A stretch of 62,985 nucleotides of DNA, counting the filler, from Rhabdomonas costata (taxonomy: Eukaryota), in assembly GCA_019059605.1 (NCBI GenBank). It is 54 parts of 54 records of this genome, joined end to end, with 100 filler letters (N's around TTAATTAATTAA, not from the genome) between each part and the next. Parts side by side here need not be neighbours in the genome. Positions count along the whole stretch, not along the records: positions 11,700 to 12,767 come from JAHMHO010030317.1; positions 12,868 to 13,935 come from JAHMHO010030318.1; positions 14,036 to 15,103 come from JAHMHO010030319.1; positions 15,204 to 16,265 come from JAHMHO010030320.1; positions 16,366 to 17,434 come from JAHMHO010030321.1; positions 17,535 to 18,602 come from JAHMHO010030322.1; positions 18,703 to 19,770 come from JAHMHO010030323.1; positions 19,871 to 20,938 come from JAHMHO010030324.1; 46 more parts are not named here. One strand, 5' to 3'. The notes below the pieces were generated by a model that searched no databases, was not told the DNA's origin, and worked only from the letters and a program-made list of their open reading frames with translations. Positions 12,300 to 24,900 of this stretch are shown piece by piece. How positions within the stretch are numbered: position 1 is the stretch's first letter; the number at the start of each line of letters is the position of its first letter. The position numbers and the translations under genes are program-made.

Positions 12300-12730
12300 G
12301 GTGTGCCAGCCCACAGTTCTTCCTCTTATCAAAACCTAAGCCCAAGCTAAAGCAAGCGAAGAAAAAAACGGTCTTTCCAAGGCTGTGGTGGTGGGGGCCA
12401 AAAACACCCAGAAAAATGGCCCTTACATGGCTTCTAGGATGGCTGTAAACAGAGGCATTCCGGGCCCTCCGGTGCCAGCATGAAGTGTTCCTGGGCTCCA
12501 ACCCAGGCACTTGAAAGTTGAAAAAGCCCTTAAAAAGGGGTCATACTTCGGCCTACGAAGGAGTCTGGAAGCTGGAATCCGAGGCTGGGAAGCGGCCAAC
12601 CAACTCATCTCAGGAGTGCTACCATACCACCGTATATGAGCCCCAACCCGTCACTCTAGCTCGAGTTCTGAGGTCAATGTTAGGTCTCCGGTCGGGTCAG
12701 GGAGCAGGGAGTGAGTCACCCAGCGAATAG
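12300..12730 (+). mobile_element. Dispersed non-coding repeat, copy 1 (probable non-autonomous element, intronic)
   Basis: Colinear similarity to 16701-17108, e.g. caactcatctcaggagt..taccat..cacc..atatgagccccaacccgtcactctagc.cgagtt. Confidence 0.8.
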
Positions 12731-13536
12731 GCCGAGAGCAGGCTCCCGAGCGAGCTGACCCAACACANNNNNNNNNNNNNNNNNNNNNNNNNNNNNNNNN
12801 NNNNNNNNNNNTTAATTAATTAANNNNNNNNNNNNNNNNNNNNNNNNNNNNNNNNNNNNNNNNNNNNCCAACCTTGATCTGCACAGCATAAAAAAAATAC
12901 TCTGTCTTCGTCATATGCGGCAAGAATCCTACTCCAAAGATGCCCCACTGACTTGAACACGCGACTAGCCAAGGTGGAAGGCACACACTGGTGGCACACA
13001 CCTTTCATCTCTTACGATCCTCGTGAAATCATCGCGGGCAGACTAAATGACGGGAAGGAGCGGAATGAGGGCAGACAGCGTTTGCCCTCAAATGGGCAAC
13101 TGTCAGGAATCAAGCGGTTCAAGTGGTTCCAAGACAATAGTAATTCATCTGCGCTCGGATTCTCGGACAATACAAAAAGCGCGATGAACCACCTCCAGCC
13201 GTGGGTCTCCCTGTAGCCATACAGCACTGTGCCGGAAGATTTCCCGATCCTAGCGCTACGCGTTTAACTGGTGACTGATAAGGCCGGTGTGATGACGATT
13301 AACTCGCGTTCGCAGGTAATGGACACGGTGGCACAAGTCACCATTGTTGTCGGCTTCTCCTTGAATAACCGAGTCTACGGACCGTTTGCCATCAGTCACA
13401 CGATACAAGAAAAACGAAAAGGAGATAAGCAGAAGGCGCATCGCACTGATAAAGACGTGGAAGGGTACAAGTCCTACACGCACCCAGCCGATTGTTACCA
13501 CTCTGGCGCAGAGAGGTGGGTAACACCCTCCAGCTC

Positions 13537-13710
13537 TTAGCAGTCAGCCAGGTTGCGGCAAAAGGGTGCAGGAGGAGGCTCGCTGAGCGAGGTGCGCTCG
13601 CCCTGTGGCATGGCCCCCTGCCGCCCCGTCTGGCTGCCAATCACCTTGGGGTACTCGCCGCGCTTCAGCCCGTCCACAATCTCAATGGCTCGTTCCACGG
13701 TGAGATCCTC
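13537..13710 (-). CDS. NDUFV2: Mitochondrial complex I 24-kDa subunit, last exon
   Basis: EDLTVERAIEIVDGLKRGEYPKVIGSQTGRQGAMPQGERTSLSEPPPAPFCRNLADC*, matching the eukaryotic NuoE C-terminal tail; CAG acceptor, TAA stop. Confidence 0.88.
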   Translation of the reverse strand, partial: EDLTVERAIEIVDGLKRGEYPKVIGSQTGRQGAMPQGERTSLSEPPPAPFCRNLADC

Positions 13711-14590
13711 CTGCGGTGTTGTGGGCAATTGCGCTCCGGCTTCAAAACAACGGATACCTTTTCCTCCAAAATTTACATCCGATGCCGCCGGGGTGCCCTG
13801 GCATCCTTTGTGCGATTTACAATGAGGCGGGGCTGGAAAAAATGCAAAATGTCGAGACCAAAAATGCGACGTCGAACTTTGCCAAAGAATGGGGGAAAGG
13901 GGGGGGGGCACTGAGCTTAAATTTAAAAGGCACATNNNNNNNNNNNNNNNNNNNNNNNNNNNNNNNNNNNNNNNNNNNNTTAATTAATTAANNNNNNNNN
14001 NNNNNNNNNNNNNNNNNNNNNNNNNNNNNNNNNNNCCCTCAATTAGCAGGCCCCTTTTTTGTTGGGATATGAAAGTTTCATCCCGAATCTCAGAGTTTTA
14101 GTATATTAATGGATCGCTCCCAAACGCCGAGAGGCTTCCGCATGCGCACAAGGAGTTTCTCCTTGGCTCTGGCGTGGGCAGACCTGAAAACATGGGTTCT
14201 GAGGTTGAAAGGGAAACCTTAAATTGCTTTGCGACCAGCGCACTCTGGGATCCAGCACGGTAGACTAGAGCAGCGCACACTACACAATTCCATGCCGAAA
14301 AGCCTAGAGGATGTCACGGCTAATCCGGATATGCAATAAATGTAGCGGTATATTTGACGAGCATCATGACGGGACCCTTCACTCAACCATGCCGGCAGCG
14401 CAGTGCAGCGAAATCGCCCCCCCCCCACGTTTTTCATCGGCTGGAAAGATTGCGGAGGTTTGGGAATTGATTCCAATTCTTGGAACCGACCAATACATTC
14501 ATAGAATAGGCCCAAAAGGGTACCAAAGGATGGCCATCAGGATGGGAATGTGTGGATGGCCTCCATACGTTTGGGTTTTAGCACTGGGAC

Positions 14591-14721
14591 GTGGCCAATT
14601 CCGAAGCTTGGGTCCCAGACGAGGTCCTTGGGCTGCTCCGGGAAGTCCACGGACAGCCAGAGCTTCTTGACGGTTGTGGTGACGTTGGGATGCCCCGCGA
14701 AGAACAGCTTCAGAGCGGAGC
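14591..14721 (-). CDS. Internal exon of an unknown protein (..KKLWLSVDFPEQPKDLVWDPSFGIG)
   Basis: CAG acceptor, high GC3. Confidence 0.45.
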
Positions 14722-15215
14722 CTGAAGTGGGGCCATGGCCACATGAAAAGCACAAGACCGCAACGCTAACAGGAAAACTCACTTTCACAGGACGCACATC
14801 GCGGTTTCACCAACATAGCAAAGGCAGTTTGGTGTCGCCCCCACTCCCCTAGGAAACCTCGACGCAGTATAAAAATCAAAGGGAACCTCACTTAATAATT
14901 TACTCCCTCTCTCCCTAACACCAACCCACGCAAGAACCCCATATCCTCGCCCACTAATATCCACCCATAAACCCAGACCCCTGTTTTCTCCGACCTACTC
15001 GCGCACAACTCAAGGCTCTGCCGAAGGCACAGGAAACCCAACTGTTGCATTCGGAGCCACATCCACAGATCCACACTGCCGCCAACAACACACCACACAC
15101 ACCNNNNNNNNNNNNNNNNNNNNNNNNNNNNNNNNNNNNNNNNNNNNTTAATTAATTAANNNNNNNNNNNNNNNNNNNNNNNNNNNNNNNNNNNNNNNNN
15201 NNNTTGTTGGGGTAC

Positions 15216-15948
15216 CTCCTAGTGTAGAAATAGGTCGGGAAGTTGTCCAGGTCCTGCAGGCTGAAAAGACGGGCCTCCATCCCGGCATAGGTGTAGAGCT
15301 TGCGGCTTCGCCGCCGCAGCACAAACTCCATCACCTCCAGGCGTCCCAGTTCTGCAGCCAACACCTGAGGGAGTTTCCGTCGAAGTTTCCCGATATTGAC
15401 CATGGGTTGATTTCGGAAGGGTCTTAGGCCACTTCCAGAAAACTAAGATGGGTTTGCTTGAACCTGTGTTAACACACATATCGGTTCGACACGGGGGTCC
15501 AAGATAATCCCCTTGCTGTGCTGAACCTCTCATGTACTGATCCCCGAAAACGACCCCAACATTGCCTGCCTAAGTCTAAAAAACGGGGACCGGGGCACTT
15601 TGCACTTTGCGTGAAAGGGGAACGTCTTATGGCATGACGTTGTTCGTATAACAACCGAGGCCATAACAGGACAGCAAGCTGAAGACAGGACCGAAAAGGA
15701 GTCTAAAAACTTGCCATTAGATCAAAAGTTGGGCTAAATGGGTTACTGTGATGCTGTGATGTGGAGATGTGCGTCACCTCTGTTCATCTCTTCTGCTTCT
15801 GCGCATCCTTCTTCCTCACGTTTCTTTGGATCACGAGCATCCATTCCCACCGACCCACACCGACAGGCATACACATACGCTCACATACAACGGGGGTCAT
15901 CTGGTAATCGCTGAGCTGGCAGCAAGGGTCCTGGTCCGGATGAGGTAG
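15216..15948 (-). CDS. TRPV-like ankyrin-repeat cation channel fragment; exons 15948-15889 and 15364-15216
   Basis: Spliced product QMTPVVLAAELGRLEVMEFVL.RRSRKLYTYAGMEARLFSLQDLD resembles the TRPV last ankyrin repeat plus linker (LTPL.LAA..G...F..IL...W.YGP....YDL..ID). Confidence 0.65.
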
Positions 15949-16700
15949 CTTTAGGACCTTTGGTTGAACCCCCCGGACACCCCAGTCATGCATGTAATCA
16001 AAATTGATGCGCAAAAGAACCGTAATGAATCGCACTGCAGAACTTCGAGAGGAGCATCTCGATAAGAACTTGCAGTGGAAGTCGGCACGGAGTGAGTGAG
16101 CGGGATTCCGCATCCTTCTTTGACGCTCATGTTTCCCTGACTGTCAAAACCATAATCCAAACATGGCGGCTCGAGAGGAAAAGCGAATGCAAGTCCCTCT
16201 TCAATCCGATCCAGTACCCTCCCATTCCCGTGAGCAGCACTAAAAGTCAAACACACACCCACACCNNNNNNNNNNNNNNNNNNNNNNNNNNNNNNNNNNN
16301 NNNNNNNNNTTAATTAATTAANNNNNNNNNNNNNNNNNNNNNNNNNNNNNNNNNNNNNNNNNNNNGTTGGGTTGTGCTCAAGGTGCAGGATCCTCTCCAG
16401 CGTTCCCAGAACAGAGCCGAGCCTGCGCCGGACCTCGCTGGGCTTGGGCTATGAGCAAAAGAAGGAAACAAGAAAGCAAGAGAGCGAGGAGGAAACTGGG
16501 GTGACAGACAAATTCTAAGGGAATCCGGTTGGAGCTGTAGTGTATCTAATTCCGGAGAAACTCCAGCCAGCTATTACAGCGCATTACTCTGTCTAGGCCG
16601 GGTTCAGTGCAACGAACCTCCGCCAGGGTTTCATTTGAAGAAGGCGAAAACAAAAACAAAAATCGCTGGTGGCATACCGGCGTTGTGCAGGTGGGAGGAT

Positions 16701-17108
16701 GGTGTGCCAGCCTACAGTTCTTTCTCTTATCAAAGCCCAAGCCCGATCTAAAGCTAGTACAAAGGTCCTTCTAACTGTGTAAAGGCAAAAGGGGCCCCAA
16801 AACACCCCCAAACTGGCCCTGAAATGGCCTTAGCGAGGCTCTTAAAAAGTGCACCCCAGGCCATTGAAAATTTTCTAAGTCGAAAATGCCCTGAAAAGGG
16901 CCTAAATGGGACCTTCAAGGGGCAATATCGCGGCGTAGAGAAGGAGTCTCGGACCAGAAAGAGGCAAACCAACTCATCTCAGGAGTACTACCATCCCACC
17001 AAATATGAGCCCCAACCCGTCACTCTAGCACGAGTTATGATGTCAATGTCAGGTCTCCGGTCCGGTCCGGTCCGGGAGTGATCATGGCGGATGTCACCCA
17101 GCGAATAG
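16701..17108 (+). mobile_element. Dispersed non-coding repeat, copy 2
   Basis: Same family as 12300-12730; short (CCGGT)n tract near the 3' end. Confidence 0.8.
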
Positions 17109-19245
17109 CAGGAGGTTTTGGGCGGGAGTAAGTGGTCCTACCCCCCCCCCCATTTCTGATGAGGCCCTCGACGATTGGTGAGGTTCCCGAAGCCGGCTGA
17201 AGAGGCTAGATAGGCCCACCTGGTAGAAACCCCAGAACAGCGATAAGAGAAAGAACTGTAGAATAGTGAATAATAGCGATAAGAGAAAGAGCTGTAACTG
17301 ATGCCTGGCCACACAGCATCCTGCTGGAAGAAACTGGTAAGTACAGTTCGAACATACAGCCAACCCGTAAAGGCCGAAACGGAAGCATGGGGCCGGCTCC
17401 ATGAACGCACCTGAAGCACAAACAACCCAACACANNNNNNNNNNNNNNNNNNNNNNNNNNNNNNNNNNNNNNNNNNNNTTAATTAATTAANNNNNNNNNN
17501 NNNNNNNNNNNNNNNNNNNNNNNNNNNNNNNNNNGGTCCCCTGGGATTCTAATATAGGAAATTGCAGTGGGGTTACGTGGCGATACACAGTTTCCCCCGA
17601 TCACAAAAGAAGCTTTTATAGTGGGTCAGGTGGTGATACAAGGGTCCGCTGAGATTCCAAGGGGGTAGGAGGCGATGTACACGTCTCCTGGGACTCTTTC
17701 CAGGATTTCATGGGCCTAGATCCTGCAACGTTTTGGGTGCTTTCATTTGTTGGACATGTATATGCGGATTAGAGCGGATTGGGGGAAACTGTGTATCGCC
17801 ACGTAACCCCACTGCAATTTCCTATATTAGAATCCCAGGGGACCCGTGCATCACCTCCTAACCTCATGCACTCTCCGGAAGGGGCCCATAAAAGCACTAG
17901 TTCACAGCCCAAACAGGGTGGACCCACCCTACTGAGGGGGGGGGGGCATAAATGCACTAGCGCCGAAGAGCCTGATGTCAGAGTGGTGGCGTCCCATCGG
18001 CGTCCCATCTGGCAAGGGATCCCCCTCTGACTCGTTGACGATTTTTACGAATTATTTCGAATTGCGGGAAGCAATAATTTGCAGCCAAAAAAAAAGCAGA
18101 AACTGGAAAGCAGACTGAAAGCAGGGAATAAGAAGTAGCACCGGCAATACAGGGTAGGTGGCTGAAGAGGCCCCCGCTCTGTCATCATTACGTACACTGG
18201 TGATGGATTGGATGGGTGACCCACCCACACACCCACACACCCACACACCCACACCCACACGCACACACACACAAGCCAGAACGTGACTTCTGGAGGGGAA
18301 GTGCTGACGCATCCACAGAGTTAGTTGTGTAAGTAATGGAAGAAAAGGAAAGAAAGTGAAGAGGCTAACCAGACAAACGAAAAAAAACACAACCAACCGT
18401 TTCGGGATAAAAAATACCTATGAACGCTTCTTGCTTCCTCCCATTAGGCCCTGCTGCAGCTGGACGGGGTGGAGCCCCTTCTTCGGGAGCTCCCCAGTAC
18501 TCCCCTCCTTCCCGAGCTGCGTGCTGTCAGTGAGAACCTCCGATTCTTCCTTCCTCATCTACCACCAACTCTTCTCACCACGGTCACCCTTCACCAACAC
18601 CCNNNNNNNNNNNNNNNNNNNNNNNNNNNNNNNNNNNNNNNNNNNNTTAATTAATTAANNNNNNNNNNNNNNNNNNNNNNNNNNNNNNNNNNNNNNNNNN
18701 NNGTTGGGTGTGGACATCAAATCGGAGGGAGGTCCTACATACGAGTCCGGCACGGAAAGCGAAAGACTGTGAAGGAGCAAATCAGCAGGGAACAAACCTT
18801 TGTGACTCCTGTTGTCTTCGTGTCGGCATTTAAACAGGGAAGGCCCACGCCTTTGCCACAGCAGTTCTGGTGGCACAGACACAAAATTTGCAGACAAAAA
18901 TGGCAACGGCGGGGACCGCGGGGCGAGGAAGGACGCACAAGATACCAAGGTTCATAGACAGCCACATAAAGAAAATGTTTACAAAGTGGAGGTGAGAGAG
19001 AGAGAGGAAGCAGAGGAAGACGGCAAGAAGCGACACCGAGGTATGGGTCATAATCAGGCTTTAGAAATACACGAACAGCCACGTGCTTCAATGAAGTGTG
19101 CAAAAGAAGGTAGTGTCTGAGGACCGAGCACACACGGCGAAGATGTTGGTGGGGTAACCTCTACGCAAACACACATCGGGTCTAGGTTCTAACTCGGACT
19201 GAGTTACTGAGTTTGTTGCGGTTTCTGCACGACTCTATTCTTCAG

Positions 19246-19770
19246 GCACGCCTTTGGTATCAAGTCGGATGTTCATGATAACATCCACTACATCGACGAT
19301 GCAACGGTGGCGTACCCGTGTGGGAGGAACGTGGTCATCTACAACACGCAGTCGAATACCCAGAAGTTCATTCCGGGTGCTGAGAAAACGGGTTCGACAA
19401 CCTTTTCTCCCTTCGTTATTGTCATTCGCGTCTACATTTTGCAACGAAGCTCTCTCTTTGTAACGGGGCATGGGTCTCACAGATGCCATCACAGCAATGG
19501 CAGTCAGTCCGAACAAGAAGTGGATTGCCGTAGCAGAGTCTGGTGAGACACCTACCATCGCAATCTACGACTGTGTTACTCGGAAAAGAAGAAAGCTCCT
19601 GAGCGTTCCGGACCTCGGCTCCCGGGTGTGCTGCTGTGTTGTGCCTTTTGACCCTTGTAAGGGTGCATGAATGGGCCATTGGCTGACAATTTCTGACGGT
19701 TTAGCTTTTTTATGTTTGCGAAGTGTTGCGGCGTTGGTTTCACCTTCTTCATTTTGCAAAGGAATTTGTG
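19246..19770 (+). CDS. CFAP57: Cilia- and flagella-associated WD40 protein 57 (WDR65), N-terminal exons 19246-19391, 19483-19625 and 19762-contig end
   Basis: HAFGIKSDVHDNIHYIDD..VAYPCG.NVVIYN...TQKFIPG.EKTDAITAMAVSPNKKWIAVAE...PTIAIYD...KRRKLL; GT-AG introns with compatible phases. Confidence 0.88.
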
Positions 19771-19976
19771 NNNNNNNNNNNNNNNNNNNNNNNNNNNNNN
19801 NNNNNNNNNNNNNNTTAATTAATTAANNNNNNNNNNNNNNNNNNNNNNNNNNNNNNNNNNNNNNNNNNNNACCACCACCAATTGCACAGAACAACAGAAG
19901 AAGAATGCTGAGAGAGAGAGCACATCCTGTATGCGCCGAAGAGGAGAGTGGCATCATCAATGATCCGGCTCTAGCG

Positions 19977-20032
19977 GGACCCGAGCTCCTGCGCCACCAC
20001 TCATTGCCACATTCCTCACCCAAAAAGAGAGA
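19977..20032 (+). repeat. Short dispersed repeat (~56 bp), copy 1
   Basis: Near-identical to the reverse complement of 47285-47338. Confidence 0.8.
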
Positions 20033-20153
20033 AGAATGGGGACGTTCTGTGCTTGGGTTGAGAGGAAGTGCGAAGAGGAAAGAGGAAACCAGAGACGAAG
20101 AAGAAGGTGGCGGCAGTGCTTTGCAATTCTGGGGTGACGATGCATTACTTCAG

Positions 20154-20673
20154 GGATTCATGACGCTGTCTGCCCTGGGCACGCGCCTTGGCTCGTGGGG
20201 AGAGACGTGCAAGCGCTACAACCTGGACATGGCGGAGCACCTTGTGGTGTGGGGATGGGTGTATGCTTGAAGGTTACGCTTGCGGCGAGGGCAAGCGGCA
20301 CCGTCCGAAAAACTTTGCCCCTCGCAAGGCATTCCTTTCAGTGCATGGGTGCTATTGCTAATGCTGGTGACCCCTATTCTCCCATCACCTTTTGGATGTT
20401 TACGACCCTCCCGTGTTTGGGCTCGGCGGAAGACATTGTCATTGCAGCACAACGGAGGCGGTGTAATATCAGCAACCATCACCACATTAGTCCTCAATTT
20501 TGAAACTGTCCCTACTGTTTTCTGATTTGCCCCCTTCCTTCACCCCCGAAATGTTTCTCTTTTTTTTTTGCTCGCAGGAATTTCTGTGCGCTCACCCTGA
20601 ACATTTCCGCGTCGACCACTACCACCGTACCGTCTGCCGAGTGGTGCCCACCTCCGTGGACGCGGTGGACATG
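20154..20673 (+). CDS. Two probable exons of an unknown protein (20154-~20243 and 20578-20673)
   Basis: CAG acceptors, GT donors, high GC3. Confidence 0.45.
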
Positions 20674-23600
20674 GTCCGCTGCGCTTCTATTTCTTCGTCC
20701 TCTTCCCCTTCAGTGGCAAGTGCTAGTGGCTGGGGCCTCTAATGATCCAAACGCTGCCATGCGCATTCGCATTTCTCCTCCTCCTTTTTGTACAACGTCT
20801 TATGTTTCTGCTTCTTATTGTTCGGAAACAAGTTTAATTCGACTCTTCATTTTCTCAGCGCCTTATGCATTCTCCTTTTAGTGGAGTCTATTGGGTTTTC
20901 AGTGGCAATTTCCCGCTTCCGCTGCTGCTTTTCAAACCNNNNNNNNNNNNNNNNNNNNNNNNNNNNNNNNNNNNNNNNNNNNTTAATTAATTAANNNNNN
21001 NNNNNNNNNNNNNNNNNNNNNNNNNNNNNNNNNNNNNNGTGGTTGTTGGGTGGGGTATCTTGGTCCTACCGAAGATGGACAGTGAGGTACAAAGTAGTGG
21101 GGTCATTTGTTGCTTTTGGTACGTCCCCGCCTCAGCAGCCGCAGCGCTGGCCTCGGCCGCTGAATGCCTCTGTCCCATTAAATTGCAATTTCCTGGGAAT
21201 AGTTCATCGCCCTTCAAGGGTAAAGTCACCGAAGTCCGCCCGAAGTCCGCCCTCTAACACACGTAAAACTATCAACGGCACCGCAATGCAAAATTGCTGA
21301 TCGCCATACCTCATCGTTCCCCCGCCCAAAGAAAAGTTGGATCCCCAGTTTTGTGAATGCCTCGCACTGCAAACCGGGTTGTCCAAAACAAGAGAAAAGC
21401 GGAGAAAACGTACGAGATCAGGGGGGGAAAGGGGAGAAAGAAATACAGCCATCTTCCGCAAAAACACTTCTCTGCATGCTGCTGAGTGGCTTCTTTGCTT
21501 GAACCGAAACTGTCTTTGTTTCTTATGCCCCTGATTTTGTAGTGGTTTGCCTTTTTGGTGACCTGTTTCAGTGCGAACTGTAGAGTTTCCGCCACAGAGA
21601 AAAGCAACACCTCCTACACCAGTGGTCGCGTTAGTTCCAATGCTTCCCCACCCACCATCACACTCATCTCCACCTCCAGCACCGTCCGGCTCTGCGAACA
21701 CAGCAAATGGTTGCAATCGGGCAACGGTTGGGGTTGAGCTGCCATTGCATTTCTGTAATTCGATTTCTATTAGCGCGTGGGCCAAGAAACAGACCCCGGG
21801 TGTGTGTGTCGCTACCTTGCTTCATCTTTGTTCTTTCTCTTTTTTTGCGGGTTGTGGCCTTCGACTGCGGGAGAGTAAGTGAAAGGCTCGAACCGCAACC
21901 CCCGCACAACAAAAAAACAGAAGACCAGATTGCTGGGGGGGCACCCTTGAGCCCAAATTTGTCGGATTTCTCGTGAACAAACGCGCTCTTTCTTCTCAAA
22001 GCGTAACTTTACACGCGGAACAGGCGCCGGGGAGGTTATGCCCGGTGTTCCCCATCCCTCCCCCTTCGAGCTGTTCAGCGCGGCCTTTGCCTCGCCCCCA
22101 AAAACANNNNNNNNNNNNNNNNNNNNNNNNNNNNNNNNNNNNNNNNNNNNTTAATTAATTAANNNNNNNNNNNNNNNNNNNNNNNNNNNNNNNNNNNNNN
22201 NNNNNNTGTTTTGTTTTCTCAAAAGAAAACAAAATCAAATTTTCTACTTCAACCGCCTGTCACATAAACGAAACTGTACTTACTTCCAAATTAAAATCTC
22301 ACTTGTATAGGAAACACACCTCTTCTATCACGCGTCAGACGGTACGGAGGGCTCGGACCAATTACGTGGCTGTTGTATCTTCACCGCGTAGCACACTTGA
22401 TCCGCTCCTCTCCATGGTCACTCCCGATAAAGTTTTTGTTTGGTAAGCGTTGTAAACCAACCTAGGTGAGAAGACTTTATTTCCACCTGGTTGGCCTCGT
22501 TTTAGCCGAGGACCTGGTAGAACCTGGCCTCAACCACTCCACACGCAGCTGTTCGGCGACTATCAGTCGCAACATGCCACTCTGTCACACCCCTAGGTCG
22601 CTTTCAAACTCTTCCGAAAGGGACCTAACCACATTCACAACTAACTCTGAAGTAGGCTACACCTCATTTGCTTCGACCCCAAACGCTCGGAATGGGACTA
22701 AATAGTCTTTACATTAACCCCTCTTGCCCGCGCATCTTGCGCTGCACACTTATCCTGCGAACTCCGACGCTTTCTGGAATTTCTTCGTGGTGGGTCTTCT
22801 GCTTTACCGCTTCGCTTCGTCAAACTCGGAGGGGGACTTGGGGTTAAAATGATCCGCCTGCAGGCCGGTAGCAATTCCAATGCCACTCTACCTCCAAATG
22901 TCCTCTCATCTCCTTCCTCTCTCTTTGGCTTTCAAAGGAAGCGGAGGCACAACCAACAAATCCAACCCCAAATATCCAAAACTTGCGTCCAAAAACGCGG
23001 ACAACACACCAATTACACCAAAACCTTCGGCACTCCTCTGATGTAAGAAAACTGGAAAAAAATGGAAATGAAAAATGGAACTTTCAGACTTCCTGGCGCT
23101 CCTCTTTCCTCAGGCCGGTTTTACTTCTTGGTCTCCTCTCTTCTTCTCCAATTGCTTGATCTTCTTGTTTTCCTTTCTTGTCGGTGGCCTTGTTCTTGAA
23201 GGGCTTCTTCCTCTTGCCGGCCTACCGATTTTCTTGGGGATCCTTCTGGAAGCAAACTTGGACAAAACAACCCCNNNNNNNNNNNNNNNNNNNNNNNNNN
23301 NNNNNNNNNNNNNNNNNNTTAATTAATTAANNNNNNNNNNNNNNNNNNNNNNNNNNNNNNNNNNNNNNNNNNNNTTTTTTGCCGTGTTTCTTTTTTCGCG
23401 CATTCAGTCACAGGTTTTCCTGCTGTAGAACTCGTAGTCATATCGAAATTAGCGGGAGTGCACTTGGAATGAGATCGATTTGGTTTATGGTTTTGCACCA
23501 TGCTGACGCATTGCGCTTTTTGAGCGACACACCCCGAGCGAAAAAAAAAACCTCCGGGATACCCTAACCAGGGCGACGAGGGGGTGCTTCTCCCCCGCCC

Positions 23601-23855
23601 CCCAACGCGTATCCCCAGCACGCATTTGCCTGACTTCCAATCATTGCTAATCTTTCTGAAATGTGTTTTCGTTGTCCGTTTGCACGCACGCAAGCGCAAA
23701 CCTGCACATGAAAAAAAAACAAGTGTCAGGGCAGTCGGCAGTCGGTTTCGGTCCCCGGTCCACACACAAGAACTATACCTTACCACGGAGCCCAGGTGCA
23801 TTCTGGAGAGCTTTTGGGGGGGATCATCTCTGTGCTTTCTCCCTCCCTCCCTCAG

Positions 23856-24107
23856 GCTGCTCCTGGGAACGCATGGCTCTCCTCGTTCTGTGAGACAACC
23901 CTCTGCCCCACACCAGGGAGTGGCTCGCAACCTCTGCAGGAGGCATACTTGGGCTTGAGGCCGGGGCACTCCTCAGCTCAGAGTCTTCCTCCCAAAAGTG
24001 GGGACATAGGGACCGACCCGCAGACCTTCACCTCTGCCATTGCGCGCAGGCTGTGTGAGAAGTTTCGGGGGAGCAGCACCGCAACTTCGCCCCTTGTGAT
24101 GGCATGA
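23856..24107 (+). CDS. Probable terminal exon of an unknown protein
   Basis: Polypyrimidine tract plus CAG, open frame to TGA. Confidence 0.4.
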   Translation, partial: AAPGNAWLSSFCETTLCPTPGSGSQPLQEAYLGLRPGHSSAQSLPPKSGDIGTDPQTFTSAIARRLCEKFRGSSTATSPLVMA

Positions 24108-24585
24108 GCCTTGTACAGCTATTTGCTGTGTCGGCTTGGGCTTGCTTTTGCTCTGCTCACTCGTTTGTCTACAATGTACAGCTGCTTGATCGCCCTTATT
24201 CATTCGCATAAATGTAGTATGGGCTCCTTTTTTTGGACAAAAAGTGCGCTCTGCCCGCAGTGTGTAAGTTAATGGAACCGCTTGTACAGTGGATTGGTTG
24301 CTCAACTGCTGGAGGGTTTGGTTAGAATACAGCGTTCTGCTGTGCTGATCTTTTTGCCGGGGAAATGTAAGAAAGGCAAAGGAACGTGAATCAAACTGCA
24401 GCTGCAGGAACAGTCCCAGATCCATCTTCTCCCTTGTTGTGGNNNNNNNNNNNNNNNNNNNNNNNNNNNNNNNNNNNNNNNNNNNNTTAATTAATTAANN
24501 NNNNNNNNNNNNNNNNNNNNNNNNNNNNNNNNNNNNNNNNNNTGTGGTTGCGAATGCCCAGCTACCGCCGATGGCGAGAGAGTCT

Positions 24586-24900
24586 CCGGCACCGTCGTCG
24601 CACTGGCATTCCCCACGGAGCCGACGCGTCGCAGACTCTCTCGCCATCGGCGGTAGCTGGGCATTCGCTTCCACAGCAACACCCTCCGCAGGTTCACCGC
24701 CCGCGCCGCGGTCTCTATGGCGGGGGTGGGGTAGTAGGCCACCGTGCCGTGGCTCAGGCTCAGCAGCTGCTCCGTGTGCAGGGCAAACGCGGAGCGGGCG
24801 AGCTCCTCCAGGCCCACCGCCAAGGTGGAGGCGCTGCCCAACGAACTATAGCCCAGGGCCACGGACGAGGAGGAGGAGGAGGCGGCAGAGGAGGTCGAGC
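24586..24900 (-). CDS. Probable exon of an unknown Ser-rich protein
   Basis: CAG acceptor, GC3-rich open frame; its 3' part is confounded by a fold-back at the contig end. Confidence 0.45.

Noticed and set aside
17535..17844. Perfect 64-bp inverted repeat (17535-17598 / 17781-17844) as a MITE or foldback element
   Set aside because: One arm runs exactly to the contig end and the inner edge is only imperfectly paired. The same pattern recurs on several contigs, which suggests fold-back self-priming during amplification or library preparation. Raw reads are needed to be sure.
22207..23274. Degenerate retroelement ORF on the minus strand (similar impression at 8191-9259 and 45858-46632)
   Set aside because: Stop-riddled, with no diagnostic RT, integrase or endonuclease motif that I can name
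24550..24668. 36-bp perfect hairpin inside a coding-like region
   Set aside because: The outer arm abuts the contig-end G/T tail and copies exon sequence: probable fold-back chimera
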